Positions 12,542 through 24,734 of a DNA stretch of 64,000 nt are shown piece after piece. Position numbers and translations under genes: made by a program. Source of the DNA: the human T2T-CHM13v2.0 reference genome, Homo sapiens; NCBI RefSeq assembly GCF_009914755.1, contig NC_060944.1. One strand, 5' to 3'. The stretch's first letter is position 1. The number at the start of each line of letters is the position of its first letter. Below the pieces are notes generated by a model that had not been told where the DNA came from, did no database searches, and saw nothing but the letters and a program-made list of their open reading frames with translations.

Positions 12542-13091
12542 CCCATTTTTTAATTGGGCTACTTATATTTTTGTTGTTGAATTAGGAAAAATTAGATTCA
12601 TAGCTTAATTATGATGAATGTATTTATCATCTCAAAAATTATAAAAAAAGAGAAATATTATGAGGTCATATTTTACTTCATTGTTGAAATAATTGTTGAA
12701 TAAATAGAATACATTTTTATTCAGCAAAGGGAGATTTTTTTGTGTGTAGCTTATTCTATATAAATTATATACTTCCATATTTAGTGGAATTCTCTTCTTT
12801 CACAGATATTTCTTTTAGACTCCCACTTTTAGCAAATAAAGTCAAGAAAAGTGTTTTCCCGGTATTTCTCCTCTCATCTTCTTCCTGCCTTCTGTTTGCT
12901 CATTTCTTCTTGCTGTGAAACGTCCGTGTTCCTGGCAGCAGGCTGTTTTCTGTTTGTTTTGGAGATGTACCCGCTGGCCTAGCGTGGGTAACATGAAAAA
13001 TCTTACAGGCTCCTCTTAGCCCTGAAATGTCATCACCATGTCCTGTCCCCAAGCCATACAGCATCCAGCAGCCTCACTGGAAGTTGTAAAA

Positions 13092-13285
13092 CAGCACTTA
13101 CTTGGCACTGACCCTGTGCCAGGCATTAGCCTAAGTATTTTACAGACATTGATGCCTTTAATTCTTGTGATAACCCTATGTATGCTATTATTGTCCCCAT
13201 TTTACAAATGTGGACACTGAGGCACAGAAAAAATAAGTAATTTTCCTGGTGTCATGCAGACAGTAAATGTGGAAGCTAGGGAGCC
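13092..13285 (-). mobile_element. MIR SINE
   Basis: 'tgtgccaggcatt...attattgtccccattttacaaatgtggacactgaggcacaga'. Confidence 0.85.
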
Positions 13286-14349
13286 CGGCTGCCACTGCTT
13301 CTCAGCACAGCACCGGGCTGCCTTTGGGATAATTGTCATATTCCCTTTCTTGGCCTCAAGGGCTTCCATATCCAGTCTTCCCCACGAACCCCCAACAGCT
13401 TCAACACATGTCAACCACCCCCAGTTTAAAGCAAGTTGCCCAGAGGAATTTTTTGCGACTTTTGAGTCTTTTCATTTAAGAATATACTTTTATGCTCAAA
13501 CATAAAATCTGGTAATAAGGTTATTATTATATCTATATCTCAGCTTCATCCAATTTGCTGTCGTCTCTCTTTATTATATACTTGATTGATGGACTGATGC
13601 ACCATGGAGGCATTGCTGAATTGAAGAGAAGAGACATCGGGGTGGAATTAATCATGCAGCAGATTGCTACATAACTCTTATTTCCCATGAGATGAGAATC
13701 ACAGTGATAAACCATGAAGACAGCTGTATGTGGCCTAAAACTAAGACCAGAATGCTCAAATAAGTTCCAATTTATCTTGTTTCCAGAGATAAATTAGTAG
13801 GAAGGGGTGAAAAGGAGAAATATTTGTGAATCATACAGTAGTCACAGCTATTGGTTGATGTCTAGGATATTAAAATGTGAAAGTATTACGACTAAAAATC
13901 CTCTGCTGTCTAATCTCTCACAGCTTATATTTGATGTTCCCTAAAATCACGGTGTCCAAAGACAGACCATGTTTCTCTAGAATTCCTGTAATGAAGATCT
14001 TTGCAAGATGCCGCAATTTTGAATGTCCCAAACCACAAAGAGGTTTCAGTTCTTCCTTTCAATCCCCAACCTTGAACTGAAGCCTCTGCAGAAAGCTCCC
14101 AGCTCACTAGTGTGGACAGGCAACTACTTGTGCTTCTATGAGAGAGAAAAAGTGAGCAGTTTCCAAGAGACAGAAAACACTGGCCCTGAGAATAAGGACC
14201 AAATGAGAAACCAGCAGTGCAAAAGACAGGAAAGAAGTCCAGGTGGAAGAAAAATGTCAATTTGTTAGAAGTGAGAAAGAACGAGAGAAGGTGCAGGCAG
14301 ACACAATGAAGAGTTACAGGAAGGGTTAATCAGTGACTCAGCAATACGT

Positions 14350-14440
14350 GCTATTATTATTTGTCTTAAATAGATGAAGAAACTGAGGCACAGGGGAGAG
14401 GGAATGCAGGACCACTCAGCATGTGGCAGTGATGGAACGT
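14350..14440 (-). mobile_element. MIR core fragment
   Basis: 'atagatgaagaaactgaggcacaggg'. Confidence 0.6.
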
Positions 14441-14544
14441 GAAGAAACTACTACTCCAACACCCCACTATCCAGGATGACTTCCAGCACTACTGTTTTCA
14501 CTGTTGTTCTAGATATAATAGCTGATTCTGTAAGGGAAGTCACA

Positions 14545-16440
14545 GTTATTATTATCTGCAGATGATATAACTGAATTTTCAGAAAGCCTGTAAAATCAGT
14601 TAAAAATTTAGACCTAATATTAACATAGGGTAATGTTGCCAAATCTCAAACCAATATAGCAAAGTTACATAGCTTTTCAAGTGCAAGCAATAATTTGTTC
14701 AAAGGCATAATTCAAAAGCAAGTATGAATCACATGACCAAAAAAGTCCCCCCAAAACAAGGAACAATTTTATGACTCAATGTGAAAAGGCAAAATATAAA
14801 ATATCAAATTTACCTGAAGATTATAAAATCTTAGCAATTAGAAAGACATATCATGTGGTACCGAGGATAATATGGCACAATGTCAAATCTTCATGAAGAA
14901 ATATAACAGTTTAATACTTTTAATCAAAATCTCATAAAATTTCTTTTGAAAGTATTAAAGAGCATTTTCTGGAAAAATAACAGGCAAAAATAGCCAAGAC
15001 TTAAAAAGCTAAAACAAAAACCAAAAACGCTGGCTATGGCCCCTCCTTGCAGATATGAGATGTAACAGGAGTCATAGTAACAGTAGCTACTATTTATAAT
15101 TGATCTGTGGCAAACACTGTTCTCTGTCTTTGGTGAGTTTTCCCATTTCTCCTCTTCCAACAACCTTATTCAGAAGAAGCTGTAGCTACCTGTTTTTGGC
15201 AGAGGCCAGAGAGTTTGAGCACCTTTTCACCAGCTCACCAACTCAATGGTGGACTTTAGCAAAGCATTATCTAATTTTAGTACCCACCTGCTTACCCACT
15301 ATACTATAAACTACAAAAAGCAGAACAGCGTAGCATTTTTGCATAAATGGTGGATCAACAGACCAGAACTGGGAGCCCTGGAATGAATGTGTGTTAGAGG
15401 AACCATTGCCTGTCAAGGAATATGATATTATTCAAAGATGACTTACCTATTTGGAAAAATAAAACAAAGCATTCTCATATTATATGACATATTAAAATAC
15501 ATTCCACCTGGATTAAGGAGTTATCGAAAAAGTGAAACTAAAATTTAAAAAATAAAACCAGAAAAATACCTGAAAGTCTAATTTGTCTTCTGTTGGTGAA
15601 GGACTTTCTAAACATAAAAAAAATCACAAGGGAAAAGTAATAGGAAGATTTGACTACCTGGAATGTCAAAAAATTCTTAACTAAATTAAAAGATCATAAA
15701 TTGGTTACGATTGCAACGAAATGTATATGCTTAATGTAGAAAGTGCTTATATGTGTGAAAGAGCTTATAATATATATCAAGCTTTGTAACATATATCAAA
15801 ACTCTTGTCCTGTGATTTCTAATTCTTCTTCAAAGACTTTATATCCAGGAAAATCATCAGCAATGAGGCAAACGATAAAAAGGGTCTGCCCAGAAGGAAA
15901 CTTTGTAACAGAAAAAGATGTGAAATAATCCAACTGCAGGAACCAACTCAATAGGGGGAGGATTGCCTAATTTTCAAGCATTTCTGATTCATTATGTCAC
16001 CATTAGCATAGTATTCCCAAAACGCACTTCGTGACATGCAAAGATCCCAAGATAAAAATTTCACCTATGTGTACGTCTGCAAAAGAGAAAAACAATTGTC
16101 AGAATGAGCACTAAACCTTCGTTGATGGTTATAGGAGGGAGTGGAATTATAGGACAGACTTAATTTTATGCTTTCTCTTCTCCAGTGATTTACTTTTGTA
16201 CAGAAAATAAGCCATATTTATAATTAGAAAAAGAGGAAAACGTAACTGATTCAAAACTACATGTACAATATGAATTTTAGCTTACAAATTTATACATAGA
16301 GGTAAACATCAAAAACGGTCATAGTGATTATCTGAAGGGAAGCATTATAGATAATTTTCTACTTCCTTGTAATGAATTTTTATACTTTCTGAAGTCTAAC
16401 ATGTATTATTTCATTTTTCTAATAAGAAAAAATAAACAAT
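14545..16440 (+). mobile_element. Highly decayed old L1 (L1ME/L1M5-like) ORF2 and 3' UTR
   Basis: 'ttattatctgcagatgatataact...agaaagcct' is a degenerate LFADD motif. A-rich sense strand, with an L1ME-like terminus 'atgtattatttcatttttctaataagaaaaaataa'. Confidence 0.6.
15073..15307 (-). mobile_element. MIR inserted within the old L1
   Basis: 'tagctactatttat...caaacactgttct...caacaacctta...gaggccagagagtttgagcacc...tgcttacccactatacta'. Confidence 0.6.
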
Positions 16441-16639
16441 GTGCCAATGTAAATACAAATCACAAAATAGTTCACCTTTCTGGCTGCCTGCTAGCAGATT
16501 TTTGTTTTATTTTACTGCATGTGTGGACAAGCCATTTCATGTACTTTTATCTCTGGTTTAAGTTATACAGAAGCCATTCTGTTTCCCTTTGTAAGAGTTT
16601 CATTTAAATGTCCAGGTGTATGTGGGTGTGGTGGAATTA

Positions 16640-16930
16640 GGAGGAAGAGCGCTTCGCCCCCATCAATTCTGCAGTTGCCGTGGCAGCTTAGCCGTGAGTG
16701 GGTCAGGTGGCCAAAGCAGAGGCCGACCCCCGCCAGCCGTTGCTGTCAGGCCCCCTCTCGCTCTCTGGTTCAGGAGAACGTCTCTAGAAGAGCGTCAGTT
16801 TGGGGCTGGATATTGTAAATCTTGATCCAAGGAACAGTCTCCAGATGGAGAATGGATAGAATTTCTCCCCCTTCTCTTGCACTAGGAGTAAGTGAGCGTC
16901 GCTAGAAGCATCCAGATATGAAGGTAAGGA
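16640..16930 (+). promoter_or_regulatory. CpG-retaining candidate regulatory element with an RFX X-box-like site and strong splice signals
   Basis: 10 CpGs in 16650-16794 against a CpG-depleted background. gttgccgtggcagc (16674-16687) resembles the X-box GTTGCCATGGCAAC. Donor AAG|GTAAGG at 16923/16924. Confidence 0.45.
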
Positions 16931-18218
16931 CAGATTTCAATATAAACGTGATTGAAAGCACTTTGCTGAAGAGCTTAATATCAATGTTTGCATTTAAAAA
17001 CATAATTTGCTGCCATTAATTGCTGCAGTTTCACATGATGTCAGCTGGAGACTGTTAGAGTTAAAGGACTGAGGCTTGTTGAATTCTTTAAACAGCAAGT
17101 GCAATAAAAATCAGGGTTGCTGCTTGGTAAAAGATGGGAATTTAAATTTCCCCAGCACTTGTCTCTCAGCATATCAAAAACCCCTTTTCTTGCAGAACAT
17201 GTTTTCATTTTCATACCTCCTCACACCCGGGCTCTTTTTACTGACTTTTGTTTTCACACCATGCTAATTCATGTCTTACGTGCCTTTTTTTATTCTTCTG
17301 TGTGGCTGACAAACCTCAAAGTCAGTAGGTGGTCATGGAATTGTGCCCCAAATACTGTAAGAAAAGTAGGTGTAGAGCTGACATGTCTTAGGACAGGATC
17401 TTTCAGCACCAGATACAGGAGCTTCCAGATTGCAGAACACACACAGGTCATACCATCTATGCTGAGCCCTTGCTGGCCCCTGGCTCTGGCCTGAGCAGGT
17501 AGTGGCAGCCAGACAGCACCTGTGTTCCATAAGGTGGGCTTCCTCCCCTACCCAGGCTTGACTGAGCCATGTCTGCATGCTTGGCAGCCAAGGCAAGGCA
17601 GAATGTTTCCAAACATAACCTTCCATTGAACAAATCAGTTAGATTCTGTCTGCACAGTGGTATAACTGGCAGCTAGTCTCTGCAGGCTTCAACTGATACA
17701 CCACTATGGCCAGCAGCCAGGCCTGGTTGGGCCAAGTCAGAAGTCTGGCTGAGGCTTCCAGCATCTGTGTGTGTTAATTCTGCATTTCGTGAACACCATC
17801 AGGAAAAGCCTGCTCATTTGGGATTGCTCATTAGTTGACAAAACAAATGTTTTGTTTTGTTTGCTGGTATGAGTTGGGTGCTAATTGCAAGCTAGAGATT
17901 TATATTTTAAAATCCACATACATGCATCTGCATATTCTTTTATAAATGATTTAAAGAGGGGTAAGAAGAGCTATTCAGAACCTGTTTCGGTTTGGGAAGA
18001 TAAAGGATTGAATAGCAAATTATTTAGGCAGAATTCCACTCTGCTCCTTGCCAATACACAAAGTATTTTAAGCACTTTTACCCTTCACAAATCCTTACAG
18101 TATACCTGCCAAAGTGATAGAAAGTACAAGCCTTCCTGTTTTTTATGGAAAAAATGTAGGAAAAATAAGAGATGGAGGGGAATAAACAGTCATCGACTTT
18201 GAATCAGCTGAAAACGGG

Positions 18219-18365
18219 ATGGTATTCTCAAACTTTTCTGTGCATAAGGGTTATGGAGAGCTTTTAAATATCCCCATGGCCTGGACACATCCAAGACCAA
18301 TAAATCGCAATCTCAGTTATTCAAATTTGCAGGTAATTTCAATGGGTGGTAGCCAAGTTTGAGAT
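18219..18365. mobile_element. MER5-type hAT-Charlie MITE
   Basis: Ends 'ggtattctcaaactt' ... 'agccaagtttgaga' are inverted termini, and the interior 'agaccaataaatcgcaatctc' is MER5-like. Confidence 0.7.
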
Positions 18366-18744
18366 TAAAGTAAAGAAGCAAGGTTCTGTAAACTTTTCAG
18401 GTGATCCCATCTTGCAAACGAGGAAAACTGCAATCTGCTTTTTCACAGCCATCGTGTGTTTCAGCAATTGCAAAATATTCTCAGACTATCTCTAGGAGTC
18501 CCTAGGACTCTGGTCACATCACCTCCTGCAGCAAGTTGACGGAAGGCCACTATACTTGGTGACTTTTCTCTCATGCATTCACTTTCACCTCCTAGAGCTT
18601 TCTTTTGGACCCAAGAACTGTGTCTTTTACTTCCAAGTTATTCTATATCTCATATATTAGATATGCGTTAATACCCACTCTTTATTCATAAGAGAGTGGA
18701 TAGGTGAATTAATAAATCAATAAAAATAGTCACCTGATTTGTTA

Positions 18745-18875
18745 TCAATTTATTTCAATTTAGTAAATCTTTGTTAAGTGCCTCCTGTGGACGTGGCCCC
18801 TAGTGTAGGCTCTGGGGATATAATTCTAAGCAAGAGATCCCCTGCAAATCTATGATGCCTCAAAGTTTTACCCAA
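18745..18875 (-). mobile_element. L2 3' end fragment
   Basis: 'atttagtaaatctttgttaagtgcctcctgtg...gtgtaggctctggggatata'. Confidence 0.5.
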
Positions 18876-21342
18876 GGACCACTCCATGCCCCGGCCCCTC
18901 ATCTCTCCAGTAACAGGCATGTTAATTTCCCATTCTTTCCTCTGTTTTTCTAACATTCACTGGTTTCATCCCTGAATTCCCCCCATTGAAGGCTTTGGAT
19001 CTGGAGAATAAAAGTGCGTTTAAAATTGAACCGGCTCCGGCGAACACGGTGCTGAAAGGGCTGCTTATTTTTAGCACATATGTTTTACACTAGGGCTACT
19101 TTTAGGAGTCTCTCTCCAACTGGGCTGGCTTCTGAGAGGGGAGTACTTATTCAGAGAGGAATAGAACTTAATATAAACATTCCTCCATCCAGAAAAAAAA
19201 AGTTAACTGACACTGGGGGCAAAAGCCTGGTCTCCAGCTGTCTATAAAACTGGCTGTTCCAATATCTGAACTCACAGAATCCCTCCCCCAACTGGGAGTT
19301 AATTTGGAGTTTGAGTTGAAAACATGTTCAAAGTTTTGCCCTAAATCAGTCAGCCAACAGGTATTTCTGTGCCTGTCCTTCGAGCCCTGTGCTGTACACT
19401 TAAATTTTATTTCTTAGGAGCCAAAAAAAAAAAAAAAAAGATGAAATCTATAGAACTGATTCATAGGTCGCAACAAAATGCACAGGTTGGTGCTCAGTTT
19501 CTTCCTGGCTCCTTATCTTTCTCCAGATCCTCTTTCCTTAAGAGAACTTTGCCGTGATTCTGCAGGTGTTTTATTTGGCAATAGAGAGATGATTATTTGA
19601 GATGATACATTAAAGTGGGACGTTAATTTAGTAAAAATGTTTTCAAAAGGTCTTGACACAGATTTGCTATGTGTTGCCCAAGTGAAAGTCAAAGATTTGC
19701 CTAATCACGGCTTTGAAGAAAATGCCTCTGTCTGAAATCCAGGCAGATTGTTTATGAGCTGACCTAAGTGCCAGCATAGATTTCCAAGGAGCGAAATGCC
19801 ACCAGTTCTAAAATGCAGGGTTGAGAATACTGTTAGCAAAGGTTGGTGTTTAATTCTGTCTTATTGTCCATAATGATACCGTGGTAGCATGGGTTATCTA
19901 TGTTATTATTATACCTCTTCAAGCCTGTCTTAAAACCGCCCCATCCAGGAAGTTCCAGGTTAGGAAAGCGTCTTCTTTTTAAACTAAGCCTTTGGGCTTA
20001 AGATATTGTCGAGATCTGCGAACTGTGAGTAATGGCTCATTCTTCTCCATGTGTATCTTGATTTTTTGACACAGGCTTCAAATCCTACCTAAACTGCAGA
20101 CCAATCTCTGAAAGCAACTTTGTTCAATTGCAGCCTGACTAGGTAAGGCTTTGAGAATTTGTTTCTGTTTTAAATCCTACAGGATAAAAGAGGTGGAGGG
20201 TGGTCTATAATAGGATGAAGTGGTATATAATAAGTATTTAACTTAAAAGAAAATCTACCATTTAAAACTGTAACTAGATTATTTCAAAAATAATGATATA
20301 ACTTGAAGACTAAACGACTAGTGTTGACCTTTGACAATATCTGTATAGAAATATAGCATGTGTACAATGTATAATATGTCATTACGGTTCATAATAGTTT
20401 CAATTTCCACAAATTCTTCTTGGAGAACTCCAGAATGTCTGGTGTTAACTTATACACCACAGAGGGCTCTTTGAATGAATATATAAACTGTATAAAGTGC
20501 CCAGAAGTGCAGGGGGTTCAAAAATAGTAAGGATGTCTTTAATAATTTTGCTTCATAACAACTGTCTTGGAATAATTTTTATTTACCTAAAAATAATGTA
20601 AGAGTATGTCAAAGTTTAGGCATAGTGTTTATTAAATGCATAGTTTGTATCAATGCTTGTAAGCTGTAATTAGGAATGATATGTGGCATTATATTTTACT
20701 TTTGTTAATGTTCACTGTTAACTTCCTGAAATGTAAGCTGTGCTCACGTGAAAAAAAAAAATGGATCAGTTTTTCTGAGAAGACACTGTAACACAAAAAG
20801 ACCTACAGGATAGTATTTGAATAGTTAATTTTAATGCAAACAAAAACTTCTATTTCAGCATTAAGAACACATATTCTTGATATAAGAAATAGAAAATATT
20901 CTAGCACATACCTGACACTGGTAAAATATATGTATTCTTTTTCCCTACAACACTACATATATTTCACACTACATATATATTAGCTTTTAACTATTGAGTC
21001 AAACATAGTTTAAAGTACTATAATATTTCCAAATTACAAAGAAAATAATTTTTAAAATTTCTCTGACAGAAGCAAACAAAACAATATTTTTCTTAATTTC
21101 TTTAAAATTTCTCCAGGAATTTATACTTTTGAAAACTCATTGACTTCTGGATTTTTAAAAAATAATATAAACATTTAAGAAGCTACCAAAATATGCGAAG
21201 CCTGAATGTATGTTATATTTATATTTCTTTTTTATAGTTTTGAATGATTATTCACTTCATGGGCAATATAAATTTAGGAGTCTCACACATATTACATGAA
21301 AAGTGATTTTTAAATTTATTCTGTTTTTAAAAATTAACTGAA

Positions 21343-21599
21343 TTTTTAAAAATTGACAAATAATTGTGTGTATGCGTGGGGTATATAGTGATGTTTTGAA
21401 ACATATAATGCATACTGAACAGATCAGAGTAATTAGCATAGACATCATCATTTATCATTTCTTTGTTTTGGGAGTATTCAATTTCCTCCTATTAGCTATT
21501 TAAAACTATACAATACTTTACTGTTACCTATAGTCATCCTGTAGTGCTAGAGATCACTAGAACTTATTCCTCCTATCTGGCTGTAATTTTTATCCTTAA
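21343..21599 (-). mobile_element. L1MA 3' end fragment
   Basis: 'aaattgacaaataattgtgtgtat...gatcagagtaattagcata...tatagtcatcctgtagtgctagagatcactagaacttattcctcctatct'. Confidence 0.85.
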
Positions 21600-23526
21600 A
21601 AACAGAAGATATGGAATATCTTCTATATGTATCTAATCTAGAGTTAATGTAAGTTTGTGTAATCGAGCAATTCTGTGGGTTTAACTCCCAAAGCCAGATT
21701 TTAAACTCTGCTTTTCCCAAGCCCCTAAATCCTATCTTCAACTCAGCTGCAAATATGTCCCAAGAAAACAAGGCTGTGAGACTGAGTTAAAAAGTCAAAG
21801 GAAAGTTCTTTAGAGCCATTTAGCAATCTTAAAGATGAACAATAGAGTGTAAGTACCTGTATGTATTGTTCTCCAGTATAAGAATGTTAGAAAGTAAAAG
21901 TGGAGTGGTAATTTTGAATAATAACCAATTTAATTAAAATTTAAATCTTTGGTGTTTGAGAATTTTTTTTCTTTTAAGTCTAAAAAAGTTTCCTGACACA
22001 AAGCCTATTCTTGTCAAGGTGACACTTAAGTTATTGTTTTGAAATGGTGAAGAGGGGAGAGAAACTGCTGTAGAAAGGGGTTGATAAAAAATACAGCCAT
22101 CACTTTCCAACCAAAAGAAAGCAATGATTAAAGCTATAATGTCAGCAATTACAGTGTGTCCAAACAATATTTAAAATTGAGATGGGCCTCTCAGGTTTGA
22201 AACTGTGTGTGTGACTGTGGGAGTAAATAGTCTAGTTTCCCACTCTTCATGTGTAAATAGACACAAACAGGTGACTTTTCAGAGCCTGGGACAGAGAAGA
22301 CGACCCCCCAGTGGAGACGACTGAACAGGCCCCTCATGCATACAGCATGCCACCAGTATTGCCCAGAAATACTGTTTGTAGAAAATCGGAAAGGTAGCCG
22401 GGCCCGGCATTAATGCTAGGGTGTCTGAGATGAGTCGAAGGAACAGCTATTCTTTTTCCCTTTGTTATGTTTCTTCCATTTCCAAGTGGATGAAGCTCTA
22501 ACTCAACCTTTCATTTGTTTCAAGAGGGAGGTATCAGAACCACAACAAATGGAATGAAACCTACCACTACCACCTGCCTGGCACAAAGAAATAATTTACA
22601 ATTCACGGGGAATTTCCTGTGTTTCATTTTGTCTGAAGAACTGTAACTGGACTTGAATGAACTAAGTGTCTAATTGTTGCATTATTTTTCTTGTAGAGAT
22701 TTTAGTGTTTTATTACTTTCTCCAGTTTACTTCAATAGTGAATTAGGTTCCCTCTACCATCTGAAATGTTACAGTTCGATAAAATAGGTAAATTAATAAA
22801 GTCTAAAGTGCTTCCAAGCTGAGCAGAGACCTTTCTGTGCGCTGTGCTTTTATTGCTCTTCCCAGCTGATATTTATAACTGGGCCATATGTGGTTATAAA
22901 GATTTATTATGAGCCTGTGGAATAAGTTCTGTTAATGTGTACAGTAAATGTCCAAGTTTTGACTCTGTAAGCCTTGGAGATTTCTAATAAGATGAAGCCA
23001 TTTTGATCATGAGCCAAGCAGTGTGCACTTGGAGCCAGGCCTCGTATTGACAAAGGGCTTAGCTATGTGCTGTAGACTCTACCCACTCTCTGTGTGGGTT
23101 TGCTAAAAATGTTTGCAAAGCTCAGGTAGGTATTTTTCTTCCTCATCACCATCGTCATCTGAGAGGGGTTGAAGTTGGAGAATCTACTGACTAAAAGTTG
23201 AAATGGAAAATTTTAAGACTACAAATAAAGATCAGACTAAAGGCAAGGCAGAGCCGCCCTGGGAGTACAGTGAATGGGGCATCTGTGTCCCACTCGGGCG
23301 CCGATCGCCTTGTCCAGCTACTGAACAGTTACTTTGAGTGCATCAGGAGGGAGAAAATTACAGGCACAGCTGGCATGAATCCACTCCCCATCCATGGCCA
23401 GTGCAAAGGAGACAAGACACTGTCTCTTCACTTTTATACACTTACTTCATTTTGTGAAACTTCTCTTGCCCTTACTATATGTGCATATTGTTCAAGTGAA
23501 TACCTGCCAGTTTTAGAAGAGAAAGG

Positions 23527-23916
23527 GTTAGTCTGTTCTTGGCTGCTACATCAAAATACCATAACCTGGGGGCTTATAAACAATGGAAATTTATTTATCA
23601 CAGTTCTGGAGGCTGGGAAGTCCAAGATCCAGAGGCCAGCAGGTCCAGTGTCTGGTGTGGGCCTGATTCCTGCTTCATAGATTGCATCTTTTTGCTGTGT
23701 CCTCATATAGTAGAAACAACAAATGAGTTCTCTGGGGTCTCTTTCATAAGGGTACTAATCCCATTCATGAGGCTGCACCGTCATGACCGAATCACCTCCC
23801 AAAAGCCCACCTCCTAATACCATCACCTTAGGGCTGAAGATTTTAACATATGAATTTTGTAGGAGCATAAAAATTTTGTGAGGACATAAAAATTGTTTTA
23901 TTTAGAGCCCATAGCA
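23527..23916 (-). mobile_element. MaLR LTR (MLT1A/MST-like) with a 19-bp imperfect internal duplication at 23853-23890
   Basis: 'cacagttctggaggctgggaagtccaagatc...aagggtactaatcccattcatgagg...cctcctaataccatcacctt...ccatagca'. Confidence 0.9.
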
Positions 23917-23961
23917 GTCTCTCAATAAAACAATAGAGTAGGACAGTGTCAAAAGCTTTGT

Positions 23962-24145
23962 AATGTGTTTCTCAACCTCGAGAGCATTACAATCACTTGG
24001 GGAACTCTTTAAAAATACTAAAAATACACAGTTTATCCCCCCTTCCCCTTCCTTGAGTTCTACCTGGGTATAGTTTTGTTTTTGTTTTGGAAGTTCTTCA
24101 AGAGCTTCTAATCGGCAAAACCACTGGTCTAAGAACCTCTTCTAG
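23962..24145. mobile_element. MER5-type MITE
   Basis: 'gtgtttctcaacct...aatcacttggggaactctttaaaaata...ctaagaacctct'. Confidence 0.6.
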
Positions 24146-24450
24146 TTCTGACCCAAGAGTTAGAGAAGTGACTTTTCATGGATGTCACATGAGGGAAAAC
24201 CCAGGGCCAGACCTTGTCGTGAGGTTCCTGCACAGCACATTTCCCCTTTTCTGCATCCCCTTCTCAGGTGCTCATAACTCCCTGAAGGTCCAGAGCCTTC
24301 TGCCATGAAGGGCAGCTCTACTTGAATAAAAATCTACAGACTGAACTTTTCCCTCCAGTCTTTTTTCCCGCAGATCTGCGAGATGCCATATTAGATTGGT
24401 CCTGATTAATTAATCCAAAAGTATTTCTATTTAAAAACAAAAAAATTAAG

Positions 24451-24734
24451 TTTTTTTTTTTTTGAAACCGGGTACACAGGCTGGAATCCAGTGGTGTGAT
24501 CACAACTCACTGCAACCTCAACCTTCCGGGCTCAAGTGACCCTCCCACCTCAGCCTACTGAGTAGCTGAGACTACAGGTATATGCCATCATGCCTGGCTA
24601 ATTTTTGTATTTTTTGTAGAGATAGGATTTCGCTATGTTGCCCAGGCTGGTCTTGAACTACTGGGCTCAAGCAATCTGCCTGTTTCGGCCTCCTAAAGTC
24701 CTGGGATTACAGGCATGAGCCACTGTGCTCAGCC
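24451..24734 (-). mobile_element. AluJ
   Basis: Poly-T and J-type 'gggctcaagtgaccctcccacctcagcc' and 'ctgggctcaagcaatctg'. Small deletion near the tail. Confidence 0.95.

Larger units (their letters stand above)
11471..12585 (-). mobile_element. L1MB-like 3' portion, antisense, interrupted at ~12329-12540
   Basis: 'gtggcaaaatacacataacataaaattgaccattttaacc...aaccatccttaccatccatctccagaactttttcatc'. Reverse ORF2 peptide [25 protein letters not shown]. Host resumes at 'gcccattttttaattggg'. Confidence 0.88.

Noticed and set aside
23198-23680. Longest ORF in the track (160 aa)
   Set aside because: Non-ATG start, no recognisable domain, and the last third is read-through of an antisense MLT1A/MST LTR.
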